DNA of 64,000 bases from Myxococcota bacterium (GTDB lineage Bacteria; Myxococcota_A; UBA9160; SZUA-336), in assembly GCA_035498015.1 (NCBI GenBank), contig DATKAO010000090.1, forward strand, positions 4,827 to 68,826, in the 5' to 3' direction. The translations under genes were made by a program, and so were the position numbers. Below are positions 9,726 to 18,663 of this stretch, one piece after another. Each line of letters opens with the position of its first letter. Position 1 is the first letter of the stretch. The notes beneath the pieces are model-generated. The model was not told the origin of the DNA, ran no database searches, and worked only from the letters and a program-made list of their open reading frames with translations.

Positions 9726-11068
9726 CTGCCGGCGCGGCCAGCGCGCGCGACGCGCTCGAGGCGGCCTACCGCCGCGAGTCACGGCGCGTGCTGGCCACGC
9801 TCGTGCGGCTGCTCGGCGACTTCGACGCCGCGGAGGAGGCGCTGCACGAGGCCTTCGCCGCCGCCGCCGAGTGCTGGCCGCGCGAGGGCGTGCCGGCCAA
9901 GCCCGGCGCGTGGCTGGTCTCCGCGGGCCGCTTCAAGACGATCGACCGCTGGCGCCGGCAGGCGCGGCTCGCCGGCGTGCTGCGCGAGCTCGCGCCGCAC
10001 GCGGAGCCGGTGACCGAGCCGGTGGAGCTCGCGCCGATCGCCGACGACGAGCTGCGGCTGATCTTCACCTGCGCTCACCCCGCGCTGCCGCCCGACGCGC
10101 GCATCGCGCTCACCTTGCGCGAAGTCGGCGGACTCACGACCGAGGAGATCGCGCGCGCCTATCTCGTGCCGGCGCCCACGATCGCGCAGCGCATCGTGCG
10201 CGCGAAGGCCAGGATCCGCGACGAGTCACTGCCCTACGAGGTGCCGGGTCCGGCGGATCTCCCGGCGCGGCTCGAGAGCGTGCTGGCCGTGATCTACCTG
10301 ATCTTCAACGAGGGCTACGCCGCGACGGGCGGAGACTCGCTGACACGCGCGGACCTGTGCGCCGAGGCGATCCGGCTGGGCGGGCTCCTGGTCGAGCTGC
10401 TCGACGATCCCGAAGCGCTGGGCCTGCTCGCGCTGATGCGCCTGCACGAGGCGCGGCGCGCCACGCGCGTCGACCCGTCGGGGGAGCTCTTGCTGCTCGA
10501 GCAGCAGGACCGCACGCGCTGGGACCGCAGCGCGATCGCCGAGGCGCGCGCGCTCGTCGACCGCGCGCTCGCCGCCCGGCGCGTCGGTCCCTACCTGCTG
10601 CAGGCGGCGATCGCCGCCGTGCACGCCGAGGCCCCGAGCGCGCGAGACACGGACTGGGCGGAGATCGTGGCGCTGTACGATGTGCTGCTGCGCGTCGCCC
10701 CGACGCCGGTGGTGGCGCTGAACCGCGCCGCGGCCATCGGCCTGCGCGACGGGCCCGCGGCCGGGCTCGCGGCGATCGACGCAGCGCTGGGGCAGGGCGG
10801 GCTCGAGCGCTACGGCTACGCGCACGCCGCGCGCGCGGAGATGCTGCGGCGGCTGGGCCGGACGGCCGAGGCGGGTGAGTCGTACCGGCGCGCGCTCGCG
10901 CTCACGGGTCAGCCCGCGGAGCAGCGCTTTCTCGCGCGGCGCCTGGCGGAGCTAGCGGCCGCTGGCGGCGCTGCTCTCCAGGTAGCCCGTGACGAGCCGG
11001 GTCGTCTCGGCGATGAAGCGCGCGGAGTCGAGCGGGCGGGCGCCCGCGACGAGCCGGTGCACGAGTGA
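9722..11068 (+). CDS. ECF RNA polymerase sigma factor with C-terminal TPR extension (ECF42-like)
   Basis: GDFDAAEEALHEAF, LIFTCAHPALPPDARIALTLR, YLIFNEGY, PYLLQAAIAAVH and DWAEIVALYD; downstream of a DGPF gene; GTG overlaps TGA. Confidence 0.9.
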   Translation: MTAGAASARDALEAAYRRESRRVLATLVRLLGDFDAAEEALHEAFAAAAECWPREGVPAKPGAWLVSAGRFKTIDRWRRQARLAGVLRELAPHAEPVTEPVELAPIADDELRLIFTCAHPALPPDARIALTLREVGGLTTEEIARAYLVPAPTIAQRIVRAKARIRDESLPYEVPGPADLPARLESVLAVIYLIFNEGYAATGGDSLTRADLCAEAIRLGGLLVELLDDPEALGLLALMRLHEARRATRVDPSGELLLLEQQDRTRWDRSAIAEARALVDRALAARRVGPYLLQAAIAAVHAEAPSARDTDWAEIVALYDVLLRVAPTPVVALNRAAAIGLRDGPAAGLAAIDAALGQGGLERYGYAHAARAEMLRRLGRTAEAGESYRRALALTGQPAEQRFLARRLAELAAAGGAALQVARDEPGRLGDEARGVERAGARDEPVHE

Positions 11069-11587
11069 CTCGATGGTCGTGACCACGATGCGCGCGGCCA
11101 GCTCGGCGTCGGCCGGGCGCGCATAGCGATCGGCCAGCCGGGCCGCGGCGAGCCCGACCGCCGACTCCTCGAGGCGCGCCAGCTCGCCGCGCAGCGACGC
11201 GGCGCGGGGCGACTCCTCGAACAGCACCTGGTGGAGGCGCCGGTCGGCCGCGTGCACCTCCACCAGCGCGGTCACCGCGCGGCGCACCAGTGACTCGAGC
11301 TCGGATCCCGCGCCGGCCAGGGCGGCGAGCAGCGCGCGCGTGCCGTCCTCGATGTGCGCCCGCACCAGCGCGGCCAGGATCGCGTCCTTGTTGGGGTAGT
11401 ACTGGTACAGCGAGCCGACCGAGATTCCGGCCTGCGCGGCGATGCGGTTGGTGGTGCCGCCCGCGTAGCCGTGTCGCGCGAAGGTGCGGCGCGCGGCCTC
11501 GAGAACGCGAGCCTGCGTCGCCAGCGAGCGTGCCTGGCGCGGACTTTTCCTCGGCCGGAGCCGCATTTCGAGCGCGTTCTTCGCCAT
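10952..11587 (-). CDS. TetR/AcrR family transcriptional regulator
   Basis: PRQARSLAT, GTTNRIAAQAGISVGSLYQYYPNKDAI HTH; alternative start 11566. Confidence 0.9.
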   Translation of the reverse strand: MAKNALEMRLRPRKSPRQARSLATQARVLEAARRTFARHGYAGGTTNRIAAQAGISVGSLYQYYPNKDAILAALVRAHIEDGTRALLAALAGAGSELESLVRRAVTALVEVHAADRRLHQVLFEESPRAASLRGELARLEESAVGLAAARLADRYARPADAELAARIVVTTIESLVHRLVAGARPLDSARFIAETTRLVTGYLESSAASGR

Positions 11588-11590
11588 CGG

Positions 11591-11626
11591 AAAGCGAGTA
11601 GCCAAATGTGAGGGATTGCTCGCATT
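11591..11626. promoter_or_regulatory. Imperfect inverted repeat, candidate TetR operator
   Basis: AAAGCGAGTAGCC...GATTGCTCGCATT between the divergent TetR and methyltransferase genes. Confidence 0.35.
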
Positions 11627-11634
11627 GTACTCCG

Positions 11635-12204
11635 GTGCTTCGGACGCTGCTCGTACTCGACGCCCTCTTCGCCGTCGCCGCCTTCGGGCTGCGGACGCTC
11701 CTGCACTGGCGCCGGACGGGCGACAGCGGCTGGCGACTCGGGCGTCCGCACTCCGGCGCGGAAGGGCTGGCACGCGCGCTCATGCTCGCCTCGGCGCCGC
11801 TCCTGCTGGCGGCGCTCTGGCGCGACGGACCGACTCACTCGCCGCTCGGTCTCGGGCTCATGCTCGCGGGGCTCGGCCTCGCGCTCGCCGCGCAGTGGAA
11901 CATGGGGGCCGCCTGGCGGATCGGCGTCGACCCGGCCGAGCGCACGGAACTGGTGAGGCGCGGCCTCTACCGGAGCATCCGCAACCCGATCTACAGCGGC
12001 ATGCTGCTGTTCGTCGCGGGCCAGGCGCTCCTGACTCCAGGCGCGTGGGCCGGCGCCGCCCTGGCCGCGCTGGCGCTCGGCGTCGAGCTCCAGGTGCGCG
12101 GGGTCGAGGAGCCCTATCTCGCGGCGACTCACGGCGCGCGCTTCGCGGAGTGGGCGGCGCAGGCCGGGCGCTTCGCGCCGTTCGTCGGCCGGCTGCGGCG
12201 CTAG
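11635..12204 (+). CDS. Isoprenylcysteine carboxyl methyltransferase/PEMT family membrane protein
   Basis: QWNMGAAWRIGVD, ELVRRGLYRSIRNPIYSG and EEPYL motifs; start 11608 or 11635. Confidence 0.85.
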   Translation: MLRTLLVLDALFAVAAFGLRTLLHWRRTGDSGWRLGRPHSGAEGLARALMLASAPLLLAALWRDGPTHSPLGLGLMLAGLGLALAAQWNMGAAWRIGVDPAERTELVRRGLYRSIRNPIYSGMLLFVAGQALLTPGAWAGAALAALALGVELQVRGVEEPYLAATHGARFAEWAAQAGRFAPFVGRLRR

Positions 12205-12332
12205 CCGCGCCTCGGCTCGCGTAGGCCGCCTGCAAACGGCGAGCCTGGGATCCCTACCGGACGGTCCTGCTGCGCTCGCGCCTCGTGCCCTGGGGGCCGT
12301 GCTACCTTGGGGGCCCCCGAGGAGCCCCCCAG

Positions 12333-13937
12333 GTGAGTCGCGCCCGAAGTCACTGGCCGCTGTATCTCGCCGCGCTCGCCTTCGCGCTCCAGACCGCGGT
12401 CCTGCTCTGGCTGTCCCGGCGGCTCACGGACGGGCACCTCGTCTACGCGCTCGACGACGCCTACATCCACATGGCCATGGCGAAGAACCTCGCCCACCAC
12501 GGAGTCTGGGGCGTCACTCCGTTCGGGTTCAGCTCGTCGTCGTCGTCGCCCTTGTGGGTGGTGATCCTGGCGGCGATCGAGCGCGGCTTCGGCGGCGTTG
12601 GGCTGGCTCCGCTGCTGCTCAACCTGGTCTCGGGGCTCGGGCTCTTGGCGCTGGGTCACTTCGCGCTGCGCGACTTCGCGGTCTCGCGCGGACAGGCCGC
12701 CGCAGCGCTGCTCGCGCTGGTCGTGTTCCTGCCCATGGCCCCGCTCGCGCTGGTCGCCATGGAGCACTTGCTGCAGACCGCCCTCGCGCTCGGCTTCGCC
12801 TGGCAGATCGTGCGGCAGGCCCGGCGCCCCACGCGCAGCGGCACGGCCGTGCTGCTCGCGCTCGGCTTCGCGCTCGCGGCGCTGCGCTACGAGGACTTGG
12901 CGCTCGCGCTCGCGGGCGCGGCCGTGCTGGCGTTCCGCCGGCGCAGGGTCGACGCGCTGCTCCTGAGCGTCGCGGCGCTGGCGGCCCCCGCGGCCTACGC
13001 GGCGCTCGCGCTCGCGCACGGCGAGACGCCGATCCCGAACTCACTCCTGCTCAAGGGCAACCTGCCGCATGCAGGCCTCTCGGGTCTGATCCACCTGCTG
13101 GGCTACACGGCCTGCGTTCAGCTCTCCATGAACCCGCACATGCTCGTGCTGATGGTGGGCGGCCTGTTCGCGGTCGGGGCCGTGCGCGGGCAGAAGCAGG
13201 GCAGAGGGCCGGTCGTGCGGACGCTGCTCTTCCTGTGTCTCGCCACCACGCTGTTCCAGCTGCAGTTCGGGGGCTTCGGCTCGTTCTACCGCTACGAGGC
13301 CTATCTCGTGGCGCTCTGGCTGCTCGCGATCGCGGCCGCGCTGCCGGCGCTGGTGGAGTCACTGGGCGCGCGCATGCGCCGCGGCTCCGACGTGGCGCTG
13401 CTGGCGTGCGGGCTCGCGCTGTTCGGGGTTCCGCTGGCCGTGCGCTTCGTGCAGGCCACGATCAACGCGCCGGTCGCCACGCGCAACATCTACGAGCAGC
13501 AATACCAGATGGGGCGCTTCCTGGCCCGCTACTACCCGGAGCGCGGGGTCGCGGTGAACGACATCGGTGCGGTGGACTATCTCGCCGAGCTGCGTCTGCT
13601 CGATCTGTGGGGCCTGGCGAACAGCGACGTGATGCGCGCGCGGCGCGCGAAGCAGTACGGCGCCGGTGAGATCGAGGAGCTGGCGCGGGTCCACGGCACC
13701 GAGGTCGCGGTGATCTACGCCGATTGGTTCGACGGCTCGGGCGGCCTGCCGCCGGGCTGGGTGCGCGTGGGTCAGTGGACGATCGCCGACAACCGCATCT
13801 GCGGCGGGCCGACCGTGACCTTCTTCGCTGTGATTCCAGGCGAGGCCCCCGCGCTGGCCGCGCACCTGCGTGAATTCTCGAGCGAGCTGCCCGCCACCGT
13901 GGCGCAGCGCGGCGCCTACCTGTCGGCCAGCAACTGA
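12333..13937 (+). CDS. GT-C fold membrane glycosyltransferase-like protein
   Basis: ALDDAYIHMAMAKNLA, SSSPLW, PIPNS and a C-terminal soluble domain with DIGAVDY and DLWGL; many TM helices. Confidence 0.7.
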   Translation: MSRARSHWPLYLAALAFALQTAVLLWLSRRLTDGHLVYALDDAYIHMAMAKNLAHHGVWGVTPFGFSSSSSSPLWVVILAAIERGFGGVGLAPLLLNLVSGLGLLALGHFALRDFAVSRGQAAAALLALVVFLPMAPLALVAMEHLLQTALALGFAWQIVRQARRPTRSGTAVLLALGFALAALRYEDLALALAGAAVLAFRRRRVDALLLSVAALAAPAAYAALALAHGETPIPNSLLLKGNLPHAGLSGLIHLLGYTACVQLSMNPHMLVLMVGGLFAVGAVRGQKQGRGPVVRTLLFLCLATTLFQLQFGGFGSFYRYEAYLVALWLLAIAAALPALVESLGARMRRGSDVALLACGLALFGVPLAVRFVQATINAPVATRNIYEQQYQMGRFLARYYPERGVAVNDIGAVDYLAELRLLDLWGLANSDVMRARRAKQYGAGEIEELARVHGTEVAVIYADWFDGSGGLPPGWVRVGQWTIADNRICGGPTVTFFAVIPGEAPALAAHLREFSSELPATVAQRGAYLSASN

Positions 13938-13938
13938 C

Positions 13939-14361
13939 TCACTGTCCGGAGCTGGTCTCGACCGCGGCCCCGTTGTCGCTGATGCCCATGCTGCGGATCT
14001 GTACGCGCAGCGACTTGGCGCTGCCCTTGGTCACGACCTGGCAGCGCATGAACTTGCCCGAGCCGAAGTTGCTAGGCAGCTCGATGCAGGCCAGGCCGCC
14101 CACGATCGGGTTCGGGAAGGCGCAGCCGTTCTCCGGGGACCCAGCGAAGACTTCGCCGTTCTCGTCGATGAACTCGACCGACGTGACCATGACCGGCTTC
14201 GTGGTCACGTTGCTCACCGAGCACTCCACGGCTCCGCTGGTCTCAGTGGGGAAGACCTTGCTCCAGCGGACCATACCGGTCGAGATCGTTGCCGCCGATG
14301 CCGCACCTGCGCACAGCAGCGCCGTGATCACCCCCAGAACGCACCCGATCCGGACCGACAT
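13939..14361 (-). CDS. Hypothetical secreted protein
   Basis: Signal peptide (LLCAGAASA), four Cys in the mature part, normal codon usage. Confidence 0.6.
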   Translation of the reverse strand: MSVRIGCVLGVITALLCAGAASAATISTGMVRWSKVFPTETSGAVECSVSNVTTKPVMVTSVEFIDENGEVFAGSPENGCAFPNPIVGGLACIELPSNFGSGKFMRCQVVTKGSAKSLRVQIRSMGISDNGAAVETSSGQ

Positions 14362-14456
14362 GCCCCGTCCCTCGCAGAAGTGAGTGGGGCGCCATCCTCT
14401 CACATCCGGTGATCCCTGCCACAGGGCGCGGCGGCCGGTCTGCCGATGGGAAACAC

Positions 14457-15068
14457 ATGCGCAACTCCACTCTCGCTCTCGCCGCGCTCGCGCTTTCCGG
14501 CTGCGTGCAGACCGTAGCCGTGAACGGCGAGCTCCAGCCGAAGAACGCCATTCCCGACAAGTCGGTCGAAGCCGTGGGCGTGGTGTGCAGCCCGGCGCTG
14601 CTCTCGCACACGGCGCACGGCCGCTCGTGGCTCGTGGCCTACGAGCTCCCGCTGGGCCAGTCACTCTGCAGGGGGCTGGTCGAGGCCACGCGCGGCGCCT
14701 ACCGCAGCGCCGAGAGCTCGGTCGAGCCCTACAAGGGCCAGTACGCGCGCGTGATCAAGTACGACCTGGCGCGCAGCTCGCTCGACTTCGAGTCACAGCC
14801 CGACGGCTCCCGGCGCGTCGCCTACGGCGTCGAGGTGGTGGTCGAGAAATACAGCCGCGACCTGCGCCTGCAGAGCCGCAACGTCGTCGCGGGCAACGCG
14901 CTCGTCGACGGCAACTCCGGCACGCGCGAGGAGTGCGTGCAGCGCGCGGCCGCGGCCGCCCTGCAGGAGGTCGTGGACAAGACCACGGGCTTCCTGGTGG
15001 CCGGGCTCGGTGACGGGCCGCGCCAGCACAAGAAGGCGGCGAAGCAGACCAAGACCTCGAAGCGCTAG
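14457..15068 (+). CDS. Hypothetical lipoprotein
   Basis: MRNSTLALAALALSG-C lipobox. Confidence 0.65.
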   Translation: MRNSTLALAALALSGCVQTVAVNGELQPKNAIPDKSVEAVGVVCSPALLSHTAHGRSWLVAYELPLGQSLCRGLVEATRGAYRSAESSVEPYKGQYARVIKYDLARSSLDFESQPDGSRRVAYGVEVVVEKYSRDLRLQSRNVVAGNALVDGNSGTREECVQRAAAAALQEVVDKTTGFLVAGLGDGPRQHKKAAKQTKTSKR

Positions 15069-15685
15069 GGGTCGAACTTCATCCGGAACAGGATCCGGTC
15101 GCGCTCCGGGCGTTCCCAGACCCAGAAGTCCTCGCTGCGGTCCTTCACGCGCGCCAGCTCGTTCGTGAAGCCGAGTGACGCCCACGCGAGCGCGTCGGGA
15201 TAGTCTCTCGCGCCCGCGATCTCCATCAGCCAGCGCCGCGGGTGCTCCGGGTCGGGCTTCGCGCTCCAGCGCCCGAAGTTCAGGATGGCGGACGACAGCG
15301 TGGTGGTGCGCGCCAAGTCGCGCCCGAACGCCTCGTGCCGCTCCTTCGGGTCACTCTTGCGGCCGAAGCTCGCCGACTGCATGTACTCGAGCTGGCCGTA
15401 GAGACCACCGTCGAGCAGCCGGCGCGCAGAGCGAGCGCCGCGCTTCACGTGGTACTCGTTCTTGCCGCCGCCCTCGACGTCGCGCAGCAGCTCGGCCAGG
15501 CGCGCGTAGGCCCGCACGTCGTACCACTCGTGCGCGAGCACGGGCGTCCCGAGCAGCTCGAGGTCCGGCGGCTTGAGCCAGCGGGAGAGCTCGTCGCGCT
15601 TCAGCCGCCCCGAGGCGAGCAGCTTCTGCACGTCTTCGACCAGGCTGACGAAGACCGAGCCCTTGATCGACGGAACCGTCGGCAC
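15065..15685 (-). CDS. Uncharacterised protein, paralog of 35512..36129 (possible HNOB/V4R-like or DUF2378-like)
   Basis: PSIKGSVF, EWYD, LLRDVEGGG, GLY.QLEY and KPDPEHP shared with the second copy. Confidence 0.75.
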   Translation of the reverse strand: MPTVPSIKGSVFVSLVEDVQKLLASGRLKRDELSRWLKPPDLELLGTPVLAHEWYDVRAYARLAELLRDVEGGGKNEYHVKRGARSARRLLDGGLYGQLEYMQSASFGRKSDPKERHEAFGRDLARTTTLSSAILNFGRWSAKPDPEHPRRWLMEIAGARDYPDALAWASLGFTNELARVKDRSEDFWVWERPERDRILFRMKFDP

Positions 15686-15737
15686 ACGGCACCTCCCGGA
15701 TCTCTCCCATCGGCGGGGCCGGCCGCCGCCTTGACGC

Positions 15738-16397
15738 TCACTTCGGCGAGTGACTCGCCAGGCGCAATACGGGCGGGTCGAGCAGGGCGCCGCTGCCCCA
15801 GATGGTCACCGCGGTGCGGACGGCCTCGCGGCGTGACACGCCCAGCCGTTCGGCGAAGCGCGGATCGGCGGCCTCGGTCACCAGGTGGTCGAGCATGAGG
15901 AGGGCGACGTTCGGGTTCAGCTCCGGGCGCAGGAACGGGCCGAGGATGGGCGCCGCCGCGCGCTTGCGCGCCTCGATCTCGGCGTTGAAGCGCGCCCAGC
16001 TCTCCGGGTGGTCGCGGTGCAGGTCCTGGAAGAAGGCGGGGGAGACGTGGGCCAGGCTGGCGGTCCAGGCGTCGGCCCAGGCGAGCAGCCGCTCGAGCGC
16101 GGCCTCGCAGTCGTCGACCCTCACCAGGTCGAGCGAGTCGATCGCCGCGAGCTCGAGCGCCCAGGCCTCGACCACGGCCGCGACCAGCTCGTCTTTCGAG
16201 GCGAAGTGTTTGTAGAGGGTCATCGCGCTCATCCGCAGCTCGGAAGCGAGTTCCCCCATCACCACCCCGCGGATGCCCGAGCGTTTGGCCTTGGCCGAGA
16301 AGGCCACCAGGATGCGCTCGCGCACGCGCGCGGCGTCGTCCGGATCGGGCGCGCGGGCGGGGCGTGCGGCGGACCTCTTGGGCGTGCGTCGGGCCAT
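15738..16397 (-). CDS. TetR/AcrR family transcriptional regulator
   Basis: VMGELASELRMSAMTLYKHFASKDELV HTH. Confidence 0.85.
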   Translation of the reverse strand: MARRTPKRSAARPARAPDPDDAARVRERILVAFSAKAKRSGIRGVVMGELASELRMSAMTLYKHFASKDELVAAVVEAWALELAAIDSLDLVRVDDCEAALERLLAWADAWTASLAHVSPAFFQDLHRDHPESWARFNAEIEARKRAAAPILGPFLRPELNPNVALLMLDHLVTEAADPRFAERLGVSRREAVRTAVTIWGSGALLDPPVLRLASHSPK

Positions 16398-16431
16398 GTC
16401 TCCCCCTTGATCATCTCACGGAATTTCTACT

Positions 16432-16478
16432 GAGTAACAAAAAAACTCTTGCGTTACTCTGGATCTCATCCACACAAT
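16432..16478 (+). promoter_or_regulatory. Palindromic operator GAGTAAC-N14-GTTACTC overlapping a sigma70-like promoter (TTGCGT-N18-CACAAT)
   Basis: Perfect 7-bp arms at 16432-16438 and 16453-16459 in the AT-rich TetR/roxA intergenic region; -35-like 16449-16454, -10-like 16473-16478. Confidence 0.5.
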
Positions 16479-16524
16479 GCCTCCGGTCCGACCCCTCCGG
16501 GTCGGAAGAGGGAGGCCAATCATC

Positions 16525-18543
16525 GTGTCGAACGACTCGCTTCGTATTCTGACCGCGCTGGCGTTCGCTCTCGTGCTCGCGAGCCCCGCGCGCTCCGCGA
16601 CGGACCTCATCTACTCGAGCCATGGGGGCTCGGCCCAGTGGAGCTACTGCTACGGCAAGGCCGATTCTACGGCGCTGCCCGTCGACCCGCGCACGCTCGT
16701 GCAGCCGGGAGTCAGCGACAACCGCGCCGTCTCGTTCAACGCGTTCTGGAAGGACTGTCACGTCGATCCGGTCGCCGTGCAGGAGGAAGGTCACCCGACC
16801 ACCTGCGGGGAGCTGCGCGCGCGCTTCTACCGCGGCGAGGCGCTGCTGCACACCGGCGGCCCCGGCGTCGGCGCGCTGTTCACGGGCAACGATCCGACCA
16901 CGGTCGAATCGCTGTTCGGCAGCTCGACGATGACCGCGGCGCAATACAACGCGCTGTGGCTGTCGTGGGGCGGCTTTCTGCTGCGCCCCGACAACTTCGA
17001 TCAGCTCGTGGCCGAGCGCTACGGCTCGGGCTTCGGGCCCAACCCCAACCCCTACCCGAAGCCCGGCGAGGATCCGAACAAGAGCAACGGCGGCAGCGGC
17101 CGGCTGCCCGAGATGTTCACCCAGCTGCGCAACCCCGACGGGAAGTGGAGCGGTCGCATCGGAATCACCTGCCACGCTTGTCACAGCGGCGTGGTGAACG
17201 GCTCGGTCGCTTACGGCGGGGGCTCGAGCCTCGCCGACCTCCATCTGATCCTGCGCGACGGGCTGCCGCTCGGCTACCTGCCGGGGCTCGCGGCGCTGGC
17301 GAACCTGGACCGCACGCGCGGCACGAACAACGCCAGTGACATCAACCTCGCGTTCCTGTTCCCCGACCAGGGAACGCTCTCGCTCGACACCGTGCTGGGC
17401 GTGCTGTCTTCGGGCTCGACGGCCGACATCGACACGCCGGCCTGGTGGAACATGGGTCACCGCGCGGTGAAGTTCCAAGACGGCGTGTTTCCGATGGACG
17501 CGCCGCGCGTCGACATGGTGTTCTACACGCCGTTCTTCGGCCTGTTCGGGTCGCTCGGCGGCCCGATCTCCGAGGCGGGGCAGGACTGGATGCGCGGCCA
17601 TGGTCCCGATCTGAACACCTGGATCGAGACACTCAAGGCGCCGGCGTATCCCGGCACGATCAACACGGCGCTGGCCGAGCAGGGCGCGGTGCTCTTCCAC
17701 ACGCTCGACCTGTGGGCGCCCGCGCGCAACAACCCGGTGGCGCGACCGGCCACGGGCAACGGCTCCTGCGCCAGCTGTCACGGGGCCTACGCGCCGCGCT
17801 ACGTGAACGACCCGGCGTATCTCAAGACGCCCGCGCTCGAGGGCATGGCGTCGTACATCACCCCGCAGCGCATCATCCAGACCGATCCGGTGCGCATGCA
17901 GACCAACAACCAGGCCGTGCAGGTCGCGGGCGCGAGCAACTTCTTCGGCTATCCGACCACGTCGGGCACGCCGAACGACTGCGGCCCGCAGAACCGCGCC
18001 GACCTGCGCGGCAGCCGCGAGCTCGGCTATCTCGCGCAGCCGCTCTACGGCGTGTGGGCCTCGGCGCCGTATCTCCACAACGGCTCCGTGCCCAACGTCT
18101 GGGAGGTGCTGAAGCCCAGCGACCGCAAGCCCCTCTGGCGCCGGCGCTCGAAGTCACCGCGCATCGATCAGACCGGCCGCGTGATCATGGGCTACGACAC
18201 GGCCATGAGCGCGTACGACACGGCCAAGCTCGGCTGGAAGTACGACACCATCACCTGCCAGAAGCCAACGCTCTTGAATCCGTTCCCGTCGCAGTATCTC
18301 GCATGTGACCCGCAGGACGATCCGATCACCGCCTGGTACAACCAGATCCTGTTCTCGCTCTACAGCAACGTCGCCCTGGCCTGGAACGTGCTCTTCCCGC
18401 CGACGATCACCAACCAGCAGATCGAGGACCGCAAGATCTACAACGTGTACATGTACGGCCAGGGCAACAGCGGCCACACCTTCACGTCGGTGCTCACCGA
18501 CGCCGAACGGCAGGCGCTGATCGAGTATCTGAAGACCTTGTAG
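16525..18543 (+). CDS. roxA: Rubber oxygenase RoxA-like secreted diheme c-type cytochrome
   Basis: Signal peptide; CHACH (17170) and CASCH (17767) heme motifs 199 codons apart; GVWASAPYLHNGSVP (MauG/CcP motif); C-terminal GNSGHTFTSVLTDAERQALIEYLKTL; 672 aa; RBS GGAGG at 16511. Confidence 0.8.
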   Translation: MSNDSLRILTALAFALVLASPARSATDLIYSSHGGSAQWSYCYGKADSTALPVDPRTLVQPGVSDNRAVSFNAFWKDCHVDPVAVQEEGHPTTCGELRARFYRGEALLHTGGPGVGALFTGNDPTTVESLFGSSTMTAAQYNALWLSWGGFLLRPDNFDQLVAERYGSGFGPNPNPYPKPGEDPNKSNGGSGRLPEMFTQLRNPDGKWSGRIGITCHACHSGVVNGSVAYGGGSSLADLHLILRDGLPLGYLPGLAALANLDRTRGTNNASDINLAFLFPDQGTLSLDTVLGVLSSGSTADIDTPAWWNMGHRAVKFQDGVFPMDAPRVDMVFYTPFFGLFGSLGGPISEAGQDWMRGHGPDLNTWIETLKAPAYPGTINTALAEQGAVLFHTLDLWAPARNNPVARPATGNGSCASCHGAYAPRYVNDPAYLKTPALEGMASYITPQRIIQTDPVRMQTNNQAVQVAGASNFFGYPTTSGTPNDCGPQNRADLRGSRELGYLAQPLYGVWASAPYLHNGSVPNVWEVLKPSDRKPLWRRRSKSPRIDQTGRVIMGYDTAMSAYDTAKLGWKYDTITCQKPTLLNPFPSQYLACDPQDDPITAWYNQILFSLYSNVALAWNVLFPPTITNQQIEDRKIYNVYMYGQGNSGHTFTSVLTDAERQALIEYLKTL

Positions 18544-18633
18544 GAGGAGGTCGAGCGAAGGCCGCCCTGAGCGAGACCCGCAAGGGGCGGAGCCCCGCGC
18601 AGTGAGCCGGAGGCGAACGAAGTGAATTGGTCG

Positions 18634-18663
18634 GGGCGCGCCGTCGCGGAGGGCGGCGCGCCC
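18634..18663. terminator. GC-rich hairpin between convergent genes (possible bidirectional terminator)
   Basis: GGGCGCGCCG (18634-18643) pairs perfectly with CGGCGCGCCC (18654-18663); no U-tract. Confidence 0.45.

Noticed and set aside
16411-18078. 555-aa antisense ORF over roxA, and similar long antisense ORFs (35802..37841, 37669..39246, 49581..51257)
   Set aside because: Antisense shadows caused by codon bias; no recognisable motifs, and each is fully overlapped by well-supported genes.
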